Source of the DNA: Candidatus Kuenenia stuttgartensis
Lineage (GTDB): Bacteria; Planctomycetota; Brocadiia; Brocadiales; Brocadiaceae
Assembly (NCBI RefSeq): GCF_900232105.1
Contig: NZ_LT934425.1
Coordinates: 1,770,001 to 1,802,000, forward strand
Direction: 5' to 3'
Length of the DNA stretch: 32,000 nucleotides
Shown here: in pieces, positions 1 to 9,587 of the stretch
How positions within the stretch are numbered: position 1 is the first letter of the stretch
Layout: every line of letters starts with the position of its first letter
Position numbers and translations under genes: made by a program
The notes under the pieces: model-generated
What the model was told of the DNA's origin: nothing
Databases searched by the model: none
What the model saw: only the letters and a program-made list of their open reading frames with translations

Positions 1-878
1 ATTTCTGTCGTATACTTCGGATTTCTCAGTATCTCTAATATTGATAACCACTTATCTATATTCCCATTATTTGTTTTCAGTTGGAGTTTTTGTATGATCA
101 ACTTGTCCAGCCCCTGTTCCATAAGTATAAGAGGTATTTCATACAAATATGGTTTTACATCCTTCTCCTCTATAATTGCGTTTTTATCAACATTACAAAA
201 AAGCGATATCTTTTCTTTTATCTCTTCGCTCAAATGTTTCTCTGTCCTGCATATAATAATATCCGGCTGCACACCAGCCTGCCGTAACATACCAACACTG
301 TGTTGTGTAGGTTTTGTCTTTATTTCGTCTGCCGCACTTAAATATGGCACAAGTGTTAAATGAATGTAGAGTACGTTTCCCCTGCCTATCGTTTGCCCGA
401 ATTGTCTGATTGCTTCAAGAAACAACTGGCTTTCGATATCGCCCACAATGCCGCCAATCTCAGAAATTACCACATCAGTGTCCGGTCCATCCAGCTTTTT
501 AATGCATTCTATAACCTCATTCGTAATATGAGGGATGACCTGCACCGTCTTTCCCAAATATTCGCCATTCCGCTCCTTCATAATAACGGAATAGTAAATA
601 GACCCTGTAGTAAAGTTACAGTATTTGTTTGTTTCTGCATTGGTAAATCTTTCATAATGCCCGAGGTCCAGATCCGTTTCCGCGCCATCTTCAGTTACAT
701 ATACTTCTCCATGTTCATACGGGCTCATCGTTCCCGGATCAACGTTGACATACGGATCAAATTTCTGCAATCGCACCTTTAATCCTCTGCTCTCCAGTAA
801 CATCCCTATAGAAGCAGAATTTAAGCCCTTCCCGAGTGACGATACTACTCCGCCCGTAACAAAAATATGTTTAGTCAT
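1..878 (-). CDS. pyrG: CTP synthase, N-terminal ~292 codons (3' end runs off the window)
   Basis: This ORF is missing from the ORF track because the window edge cuts it. Reverse complement from the ATG at 878-876 reads [78 protein letters not shown]..., the canonical PyrG N-terminus. Its start overlaps the kdsB stop (ATGACTAA). Confidence 0.9.
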   Translation of the reverse strand, partial: MTKHIFVTGGVVSSLGKGLNSASIGMLLESRGLKVRLQKFDPYVNVDPGTMSPYEHGEVYVTEDGAETDLDLGHYERFTNAETNKYCNFTTGSIYYSVIMKERNGEYLGKTVQVIPHITNEVIECIKKLDGPDTDVVISEIGGIVGDIESQLFLEAIRQFGQTIGRGNVLYIHLTLVPYLSAADEIKTKPTQHSVGMLRQAGVQPDIIICRTEKHLSEEIKEKISLFCNVDKNAIIEEKDVKPYLYEIPLILMEQGLDKLIIQKLQLKTNNGNIDKWLSILEILRNPKYTTE

Positions 879-1629
879 TTTTATGTCTTTCTATAAATTC
901 CATCAAATCATTTTTAGTATTTATACCACACGATACATACTCAGTAATTGCCACTTTTATTTTATATCCATTTGAAAGCGCCCTAAGTTGTTCAAGTTTT
1001 TCCGCCATCTCTAATTTCGATGGCAATAAATTACGGTACTTCAGCAAAAAGTCCCTGCGATATCCATATATTCCAAGGTGTCTTAAAAATTCTCTGCCAT
1101 TTCCTTGTTCATCATTATCCCGCACATATGGTATTTGAGAACGGGAAAAGTAGAGTGCATATCCGTTATTATCCAATACCACCTTTACACAGTTTGGATC
1201 TCTTAATGCCTCCGCATTTTCTATTCTGTTTGCAAGGGTTGACATTACCGCGTTATCATCTTTCTCCAGCACATCAATAACTAAATCGACCATTGCACCG
1301 TTCATTTCCGGCTCATCTCCCTGCACGTTTACGATAAAATCCGCATCTATCCTTTCAGCAATTTCAGAGATCCTATCTGTGCCGGAATGATACTCCCCTG
1401 AAGTCATTTCTGCCACACCCCCAAAACCCTTTACGATATCAAAAATCTGCCTGCTGTCCGTTGCAACAATTACCTTTTCAATACCCCTGGCGGATTTCAC
1501 ATTTTGATACACATGCTCTATTATATACCTCCCCGTAATATCTTTTACTTCCTGTAAAATCAATTTCCCCTGTAATCGTGAAGAATCATATCTTGCAGGA
1601 ATTATTACCACCGATTTATGCTTATTCAT
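871..1629 (-). CDS. kdsB: 3-deoxy-manno-octulosonate cytidylyltransferase (CMP-KDO synthetase)
   Basis: 252-aa ORF. The N-terminal [16 protein letters not shown] and the [10 protein letters not shown] motif are typical of KdsB. It overlaps pyrG by 8 nt, which suggests an operon. Confidence 0.9.
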   Translation of the reverse strand: MNKHKSVVIIPARYDSSRLQGKLILQEVKDITGRYIIEHVYQNVKSARGIEKVIVATDSRQIFDIVKGFGGVAEMTSGEYHSGTDRISEIAERIDADFIVNVQGDEPEMNGAMVDLVIDVLEKDDNAVMSTLANRIENAEALRDPNCVKVVLDNNGYALYFSRSQIPYVRDNDEQGNGREFLRHLGIYGYRRDFLLKYRNLLPSKLEMAEKLEQLRALSNGYKIKVAITEYVSCGINTKNDLMEFIERHKND

Positions 1630-1771
1630 ATAGTATCCAAATGTGTATTTTTACTCTATGCACGATAAGAGCTTAATTCTATTAAAGTGTATGGCATATT
1701 CAAATGTTTTTTAAAAGATTCTTTTGCAGAAAAACTCCCAGTAGTACCTTATCGGTATCAGATCGGCGACG

Positions 1772-1813
1772 GCAAATTGCAAATTGCAGATTGAGGACTG
1801 AGGACTGAGGACT
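1772..1813. repeat. Tandem heptamer array: GCAAATT x2, GCAGATT, GAGGACT x3
   Basis: Read directly: gcaaatt gcaaatt gcagatt gaggact gaggact gaggact. It lies just 3' of the radical-SAM gene. The segment 1779-1848 has a diverged second copy at about 18004-18060. Confidence 0.85.
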
Positions 1814-1817
1814 ATTT

Positions 1818-3689
1818 TCATGCTTGCTGAACACTGGCTTTGCCAGCGTAGGGTAAAAAATGTTGCGACCTGGTACAGCTTCCACATTCAGGGCACCTGT
1901 CCAGCCTGCAATCCTGCGTTATTTCTTTTCGTGATGATCGTTCCGACTCCTGCAGGAGAAACGGCCTCACTACCCCACAATTTATGTGTTCCCACGGCAA
2001 GATTTCATCCGTTTCTCTGGTACGATGGATGTAAAAATGCCAATCTATTCCTGCCCTATGAAACACATCCATCCACTTTTCAAATTGAAAATGCTCTTCC
2101 CATGCATCAAACTTACACCCATGCATCCACGCAGTATAAATAACCTTCCCGAGTCTTCTGTCTCCACGGGCAAAGATTCCTTCCAGAATACTACGCTCCG
2201 CCTTATGAAATTTTATGCGAATGTTTTTCCTTTTTATTCTCTGGTAGAGTCTTTCTCTTATTTCCTTAATCCTATCCATGGAAACCATCGGCTGCCACTG
2301 GTAGGGAGTATGGGCCTTCGGGATAAAAGGGGCAATGCTTATATTCACTTGGCCATAATGGCCTCTCACCTTTTTCATTACATCAGAAACGTCATAAGCC
2401 AATGCTGCAATTGCCTCAATGTCATCATCTGTTTCTGTGGGAAGACCTATCATGAAATACAGCTTTACCGCATTCCATCCCTGCCTGAACGCCTCTTCAA
2501 TGCCTCTGAAAAAATCCTCATTCGTAATGTTTTTGTTTATTACTCTCCTGAGAGAAGGTTTCGCCGCTTCCAACGCTATCGTTAACCCTGATTTTCGTAC
2601 CGTATTCAACATGGAAGGCAATAAAGCAAGCTGTTCATTCACCCTGAGAGAAGGAAACGCAATGTTTACATGCCTTGGTGCAAAAACATGATTCATTTTA
2701 CCCATCAGTTGCTCTAAATGCGGATAATCGCTCACCGAAAGGGACATTAATGATATTTCATTATACCCTGTATTCGCATAAGATTCTTCCGCCAACCGCA
2801 GGATGTTCTCAACCGTCCGCGGGCGGGTCGGACGCTTGCTCATCCCCGCCTGGCAAAACCTGCAACCCTGTGTACACCCTCGCATGATCTCAATACTAAT
2901 ACGGTCGTGAATTATTTTTACAAAAGGAATAACCGGTTTCGTTGGGTGGTATGCTGCGTTTAAATCCTCAATTGCGGCAGATCGGACAGAGGACGGTACG
3001 CCGGGGATTTTGGGGCGTATTTCTTTTATTGTATTGTCACTATTATAAAATACATCGTATTGTGAAGGCACATATGCATTTCTCATTTTTGTGCTAATAA
3101 GAAAAAGTTTTTCCTGCCGGGAAAGTTTTTGTTGTTTCATTTCTTTAAATAATTCAACAAATTGCGGTAAACTTTCCTCTCCATCGCCAACAAGAAAAAC
3201 ATCAATAAACTCCGCTAATGGTTCCGGCGAAATCGCTATTGCGCCACCCGCTATAACAAGGGGGTCTTCTTCTCCGCGAGCAGTGGATAAAACAGGAATG
3301 TTCGATAGATCCAGCATATTGAGAATATTCGTATATGACAACTCGTACTGAACAGAAAATCCCAAAATATCAAACTCATGTAACGGCGTATATGTTTCCA
3401 ACGAAAATAAAGGTTTCTTATGTGCTCTTAAAAGAGCCTCCATGTCGGTCAACGGTGCAAATGCCCTTTCACAGACAGTATCTTTGCGGTCGTTTAGCAA
3501 TCCATACAGGATTTGCATCCCCGCATGGGACATTCCAATGCTGTAGGTATCCGGGAACGCCAGGGCTATCTTCACAGCAACATCGGAATGGTTTTTTACA
3601 ATAACATTGCATTCTTTTCCAATATATTGTCCGGGCATTTCTACCTTTGGCAATATGTTTTCTACGATATATTTTCTAAGAGAATTCAT
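1818..3689 (-). CDS. Radical SAM protein with an N-terminal B12-binding-like region (resembles the TIGR03960-type uncharacterised rSAM family)
   Basis: 623-aa ORF with an ATG start. It carries the CxxxCxxC cluster motif in IMRGCTQGCRFCQAG. The last ~10 codons come from the dispersed repeat at 1779-1848. Confidence 0.8.
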   Translation of the reverse strand: MNSLRKYIVENILPKVEMPGQYIGKECNVIVKNHSDVAVKIALAFPDTYSIGMSHAGMQILYGLLNDRKDTVCERAFAPLTDMEALLRAHKKPLFSLETYTPLHEFDILGFSVQYELSYTNILNMLDLSNIPVLSTARGEEDPLVIAGGAIAISPEPLAEFIDVFLVGDGEESLPQFVELFKEMKQQKLSRQEKLFLISTKMRNAYVPSQYDVFYNSDNTIKEIRPKIPGVPSSVRSAAIEDLNAAYHPTKPVIPFVKIIHDRISIEIMRGCTQGCRFCQAGMSKRPTRPRTVENILRLAEESYANTGYNEISLMSLSVSDYPHLEQLMGKMNHVFAPRHVNIAFPSLRVNEQLALLPSMLNTVRKSGLTIALEAAKPSLRRVINKNITNEDFFRGIEEAFRQGWNAVKLYFMIGLPTETDDDIEAIAALAYDVSDVMKKVRGHYGQVNISIAPFIPKAHTPYQWQPMVSMDRIKEIRERLYQRIKRKNIRIKFHKAERSILEGIFARGDRRLGKVIYTAWMHGCKFDAWEEHFQFEKWMDVFHRAGIDWHFYIHRTRETDEILPWEHINCGVVRPFLLQESERSSRKEITQDCRLDRCPECGSCTRSQHFLPYAGKASVQQA

Positions 3690-3701
3690 ACGTGTCCTTA
3701 A

Positions 3702-4793
3702 TTATTCAGAGGCAAGATCGATCTTTGAACGGCTTTTTACATTAAACACAATAGAGAGGGCAATAAAAGAGGCAAGCATTGAAGATCCTCCATAGCTAAT
3801 AAACGGCAGTGTCATCCCAACAATCGGAGCTATCCCTAAATTCATCGCGATATTAACGACAACCTGTGTCGCAAACATGGTGAACACTCCAACAACAACA
3901 AGGCGCCCGAATGGCTCCCTGGTATTCCTGGCAATGCCGAGCCCGCACATAAAAAAAACCACATAAAGAAATAAAATAAAACACGCCCTCAAAAACCCCC
4001 ACTCTTCAGCAATAACGGCAAAAATAAAATCCGTATGCCTTTCGGGGAGAAATTTCAGTCTGTTTTGAGAGCCATTTCCCCATCCTGCTCCCAGCAACCC
4101 CCCTGAACCGACAGCAATAAGGGATTGAAGCCGATGATACCCTGCGCCCCAATCTGACGTCTTTTCAGGCCAAAGAACGCCAAGAATCCTCATCTTCTGA
4201 TAGGGGTGCATCACAAAAAACCAAAGAAGTGGAGAGACGGCAAGCGACATACAAAACATTGATATGAGGTAAAAAATACGAATCCCGGCAACATACAACA
4301 TGGCGATTAATACCGGAACCAATATAAGTGCTGTACCTAAATCAGGTTGTTTTATGATAAGGGCCATGGGAATTATAGTTAAAAGAATTGCAATCCCGAC
4401 ATCACACAACCCGAGCCCGTATTTTTTATACCTTAGAAATCTCGCAAGCGCAAGAATTAAGGTTATTTTCATAAACTCCGCCGGTTGTATCGAAAAGGAA
4501 CCTATCGAAAACCATCGGCGTGTTCCTTTTACAGAATCTCCAAGAATCAACAACAAAACCAGAAGACAAAGTACGCAGACATAAATGATGTAGGAATAAT
4601 ACGCAAACAATAAATAATCAAAAGAAAGAAGAATGAAAAAAAATATAAATCCCATCCCAATCCATACAAATTGCTTCATTACAAATTTTTCATTTGATGC
4701 GCTTAAAATAAAAAACACCCCAATTATCAGCAGAATGCATATTACCGGGAAAATAATCCAATCAAAATTTTTTGTCCTGATATCACCAATCAT
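3702..4793 (-). CDS. rodA: Rod shape-determining SEDS protein (FtsW/RodA/SpoVE family)
   Basis: 363-aa polytopic membrane ORF. It has SEDS-type motifs (RRWFSIGSFSIQPAEFMKI, LPFISYGGSS) and sits directly downstream of PBP2. Confidence 0.9.
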   Translation of the reverse strand: MIGDIRTKNFDWIIFPVICILLIIGVFFILSASNEKFVMKQFVWIGMGFIFFFILLSFDYLLFAYYSYIIYVCVLCLLVLLLILGDSVKGTRRWFSIGSFSIQPAEFMKITLILALARFLRYKKYGLGLCDVGIAILLTIIPMALIIKQPDLGTALILVPVLIAMLYVAGIRIFYLISMFCMSLAVSPLLWFFVMHPYQKMRILGVLWPEKTSDWGAGYHRLQSLIAVGSGGLLGAGWGNGSQNRLKFLPERHTDFIFAVIAEEWGFLRACFILFLYVVFFMCGLGIARNTREPFGRLVVVGVFTMFATQVVVNIAMNLGIAPIVGMTLPFISYGGSSMLASFIALSIVFNVKSRSKIDLASE

Positions 4794-4842
4794 CTTGCTT
4801 TAACACTCTTTAAAAATAGTTCTGTTTTTCACCTTTTCATCC

Positions 4843-6771
4843 TTAAGACGATTGCGCCAATTCCGGATATAAAAAAGATAATAACTCCTTTGCAATGGGA
4901 ACTGCAATTGCACCGCCATGTTCAGAGGTATGTTCTACCAGTACGAGAAAAACGTATTGAGGCTTATCGTGCGGTGCATAGCCGGCAAACCATGCATGAT
5001 TATCACCTGGACGGCCCGTTTCTGCCGTCCCGGTTTTGCCTGCTGCCTTGTAAACCTCCAAACCTTTATTTTGCGCCGTACCGCGGAGGACAACATCGTG
5101 GAGGGATTCACGTATAACGTTTAAAATTTCAGGACGAATATTGATTTTTTTCTCCTTGCTATGAGTGAAAGTTTTCACGGTTTCCCCATTTTTGTTTGTT
5201 ATTTTCAGCATTACATGCGGCTGTACAAGTGTACCGCCATTCGCAATAGCAGCATACGCCCGAACCATCTGGAGGGGCGTGGTTAACAGTGCTCCCTGAC
5301 CTATTGAAAAATTCATGGCAGTCGCCGTTGTCTGAATCTCCGGGAGGTTTCCAGCTTTTTCGAACAGAAGATCTATGCCCGTTTCCTCGCCTATGCCAAA
5401 TTTTTTTGCCCCGTCGTACAATAATTTTTTCTCGAGTCTTTTGGCCGTTTCAAAAAAGAAGACATTGCACGAAAAGGGAAGGGCATCTTCTATGGTTATC
5501 AACCCATGCCCGCTTTTCTGCCAGCACCGGAAAATGATATTTTTATAATTAGTATAGCCATTGCACTCATAACCAGTATGCGCATGTATATTGTTTTCAT
5601 TCATTGCCGTTATTGCGGTAATTGCTTTAAAAATAGAACCCGGAGGCAAAGCGCCCTGTATCGCCCTGTCAAGCAATGGTTTTGCACTATCCTTATTAAG
5701 ACGGGCAAAATCCTTATTCAATGTGTTGGGATTAAACCGGGGATTATTTACCATGGCGATTACTTCTCCCGTCCATGGTTCCATAACAATAATTACGCCA
5801 CGGTTTTTCCCCAATGCCTTTTCCGCATGCGCCTGTATTTTGCTGTCAATCGTTAAATAAATATCATTACCCGGAACGGGCGGCCTTTCCAATACAATTT
5901 TTTCTATTTGAGTATTTTTGCAAATAATTTCTTCAAACCTTTTTCCCCGCATACCACGCAACTCTTCCTCATATTTCGCTTCAACGCCCGCCCTGCCAAT
6001 AAGGTCGTCTTTCGCGTATCCTTCATAAAGCAACAAGGGATTTTCATCTGCTGAACGACCGGAATCTAAAACAAAATTATCCCATTTTTTACTGTATTCC
6101 TGCCATTCCTTACCGGTGAGTTTTCCCAAATATCCGAGTACATGAGAAGCAATCTCCTGCTTCGGATATACCCTCTTTGACCTTGGTGTAACACGCACTT
6201 CCGGGAATGTATCCTTTTCAACCTCAATCTGAATGGCCTTTTCTATCGGTACGTCATAAACGACAGGATAATATCCGTTCTCTTCTTTGATGAGGACAGG
6301 CTTTCCGAATTTTTTCTCCATGTTCTTTTTCAACTTTTCTACTTTCATAACCGCCTTTTTGGAATCTCTCAATAATTTATCACGTGAAGTATTTAATACA
6401 CGGGACAAATTATCCATCCACGCCTCCATGTCTGCATGACATTCCTTGCATGATTTATCTGTATCTTTGTGCACCTTTAACTCCGCAACCCGTGGAACAG
6501 TATTGTTACCGTATACGATAGAACTATAGAGTAATTTCTTATATTTTACCGAGATATCGAAGGCATGGTGATCAATCGCCAAAACATCTCCTTGCCGGTC
6601 AAAAATGGTTCCCCGAACCGCCTCCAACGGATAGCTTCTGATTCTGCGTGTTTTGGATATTCCCTTGTATTTACTGGTTTCAATAATCTGCAAATAAAAA
6701 AGCCTTCCCGCAATACAAAAAATACAGAGTAAAAATAGTATTAAAATATGTTTATTCCGGTTAAAGTACAT
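4843..6771 (-). CDS. mrdA: Penicillin-binding protein 2 (elongasome transpeptidase)
   Basis: 642-aa ORF with an N-terminal TM anchor. It carries the transpeptidase triad SxxK (GSIFKAIT), SxN (FSCNVFF) and KTGT (AGKTGTAE). Confidence 0.9.
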   Translation of the reverse strand: MYFNRNKHILILFLLCIFCIAGRLFYLQIIETSKYKGISKTRRIRSYPLEAVRGTIFDRQGDVLAIDHHAFDISVKYKKLLYSSIVYGNNTVPRVAELKVHKDTDKSCKECHADMEAWMDNLSRVLNTSRDKLLRDSKKAVMKVEKLKKNMEKKFGKPVLIKEENGYYPVVYDVPIEKAIQIEVEKDTFPEVRVTPRSKRVYPKQEIASHVLGYLGKLTGKEWQEYSKKWDNFVLDSGRSADENPLLLYEGYAKDDLIGRAGVEAKYEEELRGMRGKRFEEIICKNTQIEKIVLERPPVPGNDIYLTIDSKIQAHAEKALGKNRGVIIVMEPWTGEVIAMVNNPRFNPNTLNKDFARLNKDSAKPLLDRAIQGALPPGSIFKAITAITAMNENNIHAHTGYECNGYTNYKNIIFRCWQKSGHGLITIEDALPFSCNVFFFETAKRLEKKLLYDGAKKFGIGEETGIDLLFEKAGNLPEIQTTATAMNFSIGQGALLTTPLQMVRAYAAIANGGTLVQPHVMLKITNKNGETVKTFTHSKEKKINIRPEILNVIRESLHDVVLRGTAQNKGLEVYKAAGKTGTAETGRPGDNHAWFAGYAPHDKPQYVFLVLVEHTSEHGGAIAVPIAKELLSFLYPELAQSS

Positions 6772-6774
6772 GGG

Positions 6775-7272
6775 TTATTCTCCCGTGGATCTGAAATTTT
6801 TGGCAGGTTGCAGCTTATTAAAGAGATAAAACAAAAATGGAGTAACGGCCGCCGTGTACGAAGAACAAATAAAGATCATCCATATCGTTGAAGAAATGTC
6901 TGCAGACCGGCAGGATATTGCAGTATGTAAGGCATAGAGTACATTATAGAGAAGAGAAAAAATAAATGTGACCAATATTTTAGTCACTAAATGTCCCCGA
7001 AATAACACTCCCCTTATTGACCATATAAAAAAACCGACTGCAACAAAAAAAATAGCATTAACCCCCAAGGTGCCTTCAGATAATAAATCTTTTGATATCC
7101 CAATAAACCAGCTCGTAACCACATTTCGTTTCACATCAATAAAAAAAGAATAAAAAACCACTAATGAAAAATAAAGATCGGGCGTTGCAGTGCCAATATT
7201 AATCCAATTCATCAATGTTGATTGAAAAAGGGAAATACATAGTAGTATGCAAAAAAAGGTTATCCAGCGCAT
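6775..7272 (-). CDS. mreD: Rod shape-determining protein MreD
   Basis: 165-aa multi-TM ORF lying between mreC and mrdA. The call rests on position and hydrophobic character. Confidence 0.7.
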   Translation of the reverse strand: MRWITFFCILLCISLFQSTLMNWINIGTATPDLYFSLVVFYSFFIDVKRNVVTSWFIGISKDLLSEGTLGVNAIFFVAVGFFIWSIRGVLFRGHLVTKILVTFIFSLLYNVLYALHTAISCRSADISSTIWMIFICSSYTAAVTPFLFYLFNKLQPAKNFRSTGE

Positions 7273-7364
7273 GGCAATGTTTTAAAAATATTCAATCGTA
7301 TCCTTGCAGAAAGATGCAGGGTGCTTTCCCCTGCAATGTTCATCGTTCACTCTAAGCTGGCATA

Positions 7365-7527
7365 GCCGGAAATAAAAAATACGAAACAAATTCTAATGAC
7401 AAAATGATTTGAAATTCTAAACAAATGCATCTTTCGTATCTCGCATTTCATGCTTCATATTGTTGTATGTTTTGGATTTGTTTTGAATTTTATACTTTGT
7501 TATTAGAATTTGTTTCGTATTTCCGGC
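7365..7527. repeat. 163-bp long imperfect palindrome (MITE-like) in the mreC-mreD spacer
   Basis: The left arm gccggaaata(aaaa)atacgaaacaaattctaatgacaaa pairs with the right arm tttgttattagaatttgtttcgtatttccggc. Inner segments (aaattctaaacaaat / atttgttttgaattt) extend the hairpin. No ORF is present. Confidence 0.65.
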
Positions 7528-7611
7528 TTGTCCATGCGGGGGAATTGTAATTTACTGTAACACTTTCGTCTGGGGAACGAGCAGCAACCGTTTATATCAA
7601 ATGTTTCTCCC

Positions 7612-8445
7612 CTACTCCTTTATTACCAAAACATTTTCAATCCTTGATATATTTACCAGGGGCAATGCTTTTACGCTTTGAAAAATAGCGCCGCCTTTCG
7701 TCTCATTCGCTATCACTGTAGCAATTGGCAGGGATGCTATATAAAATGATCCTACGTCAGAAGTTACGACTTTATCCGATTTTTTTAACGTCGTCCACCG
7801 CGGCACATATTTTAACTGACAATAAGGAGATGCATTACCTTCTATTATAACCTGGTCCCTTGTCCGGAGTATTCTTCCCGGAATACGTGATGCGGGATCG
7901 GTAATCAACCGAACCTGACTGGTTCTGGCTCCTGCAACAGAAATCACCCCGACTAGCGCATTTTTTGCCACTACAACATTATTGTCTTTAACGCCATGTT
8001 TTATGCCGACGTTAATAGTGATGCTTCTTCTGAAAATGGAGGTATCGTATCCAATAATGTCGGCCGGAATGATGTGAGATTTTGTTTTTTTTTGTTCTTT
8101 ATGAAATTCAGAAACTGCGCTTAATTTATCTTGTAATTTGTAATTAGTATCCTGCAATTCAATAATTTTATTTTTAAGCTCTGCAACTTCATTTTCCCGT
8201 TCCGTATTTGTCTCATTTTCCGCCCAAATATATGCAATTCTATGGAAAAAATCACTTGCCGTATTGCTGGATAAACACGTCGCCCACTGAAATGGCCTGA
8301 CTGGCATTACACATGCCATTTTTATTCCATTTGAAACGTTAAGAGGCAGGAATAATAGTAGTAAGGAAATGGTAAGAACGAGGGTTGTAATAGTGAATGG
8401 ACGAGATAAGATCTCGTTAAAATTAGGTTTGGAGGTCCTCATCAT
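7612..8445 (-). CDS. mreC: Rod shape-determining protein MreC
   Basis: The ORF-track frame is 7612..8502 with a TTG start. The ATG pair at 8445/8442 (MMRTSKPNF...) is the more likely start. The product has a TM anchor, a coiled coil (ENEVAELKNKIIELQDTNYKLQDKL) and a beta-rich C-terminal domain. It overlaps the mreB stop. Confidence 0.85.
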   Translation of the reverse strand: MMRTSKPNFNEILSRPFTITTLVLTISLLLLFLPLNVSNGIKMACVMPVRPFQWATCLSSNTASDFFHRIAYIWAENETNTERENEVAELKNKIIELQDTNYKLQDKLSAVSEFHKEQKKTKSHIIPADIIGYDTSIFRRSITINVGIKHGVKDNNVVVAKNALVGVISVAGARTSQVRLITDPASRIPGRILRTRDQVIIEGNASPYCQLKYVPRWTTLKKSDKVVTSDVGSFYIASLPIATVIANETKGGAIFQSVKALPLVNISRIENVLVIKE

Positions 8446-9478
8446 ATAAAACAGCTTTAAATAAATCCAGATTTTCAAGGAGGTATCCTGTACCCTTTGC
8501 AACAGCAGTTAAGGGATCGTCAGCGACTCTCACCGGCAGGCCGGTTTCTTCCGCCAGCAGTGTATCCAGCCTTTTAATTAAAGCACCACCCCCTACCAAT
8601 ACTAAACCATTGGTTAGTAAGTCGGATGCAAGTTCCGGGGCAGTTTTTTCCAGGGTGGCCTTCACAGCATGCACTATCTTATCAATGGGTTCTTTTAACG
8701 CCTCACGGATCTCTTCGGAACCAATATTCGTGGCCCTTGGCAACCCGGCAATTGCATCCCTTCCGCGAACTTCCATTTTCAATTCTTCTTCCAGCGGGTA
8801 GGCAGACCCTATCAATATCTTTATTTGTTCCGCCGTTCGATGCCCTATGTCAAGGTTGTAAGTCTTCCTCACATACTGAACAATCGCCTCATCCAGCTCG
8901 TCTCCCGCAATTCTAAGGCTTTCGTGAGTAAATATATCGCCAAGGCAAAGCACAGCAACCTCTGTTGTGCCTCCCCCTATATCAACAACCATACTTGCTT
9001 CCGGTTCCCCGACGGGAAGTCCCACTCCAATTGCGGCGGCCTTTGGTTCTGAAACAAGGTACACTTCGCGTGCTCCGGCCCTTTCCGCCGAATTCACCAC
9101 CGCTCGTTTTTCTACCGCAGTGATCCCGGACGGTATCGCAATCAATATCCTTGGCCGTACGCCCCATTTGCGCTTGTGAACCTTTGTGATAAAGTATTTC
9201 AGCATTGCTTCCGTAATATCGAAATCCGCAATTACGCCATTTTTAAGCGGACGAATAACGGAAATGCTGCTCGGCGCTTTTTCCAGCATAGATTTTGCGA
9301 CAATCCCTACCGCCCTGCCGTTCAAAAGAACTTTGTTTGTACCGGGCTTTACCGCCACCACGGAGGGTTCCGACAATACAATGCCATGACCGGGTATGCA
9401 AACAAGTGTGTTTGCAGTACCAAGATCAATCCCCATATCTGTTGAAACAAAGCCCAAAATAAAGTCTAACGGATGCAT
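8423..9478 (-). CDS. mreB: Actin-like rod shape-determining protein MreB
   Basis: The ORF-track frame is 8423..9526, starting at a TTG. The ATG at 9478 gives MHPLDFILGFVSTDMGIDLGTANTLV..., the canonical MreB N-terminus. DIGGGTTEVAV and LVGGGALI phosphate-binding motifs are present. Confidence 0.93.
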   Translation of the reverse strand: MHPLDFILGFVSTDMGIDLGTANTLVCIPGHGIVLSEPSVVAVKPGTNKVLLNGRAVGIVAKSMLEKAPSSISVIRPLKNGVIADFDITEAMLKYFITKVHKRKWGVRPRILIAIPSGITAVEKRAVVNSAERAGAREVYLVSEPKAAAIGVGLPVGEPEASMVVDIGGGTTEVAVLCLGDIFTHESLRIAGDELDEAIVQYVRKTYNLDIGHRTAEQIKILIGSAYPLEEELKMEVRGRDAIAGLPRATNIGSEEIREALKEPIDKIVHAVKATLEKTAPELASDLLTNGLVLVGGGALIKRLDTLLAEETGLPVRVADDPLTAVAKGTGYLLENLDLFKAVLYDEDLQT

Positions 9479-9587
9479 TTTTATTCTCTGGAAATGTACC
9501 CCCGCAGCAGTGCTTATTTTCTGCAAGTATAATAAATATAATAGTTAACAATTAAATCAGGATTATACGTTTATTATTTACAGAATG

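Noticed and set aside
360-782. A plus-strand 140-aa ORF and the other plus-strand ORFs at 81-975.
   Set aside because: They lie antisense to the clearly recognisable pyrG frame and have low-complexity, stop-poor shadow-frame character.
9479-9587. A sigma70-like promoter upstream of mreB (TATAAT at cgtataatcc, and a TTGTTA box).
   Set aside because: The spacings between the candidate -35 and -10 boxes are wrong (11-12 nt) for the pairs I could see. The region is AT-rich enough for chance matches.
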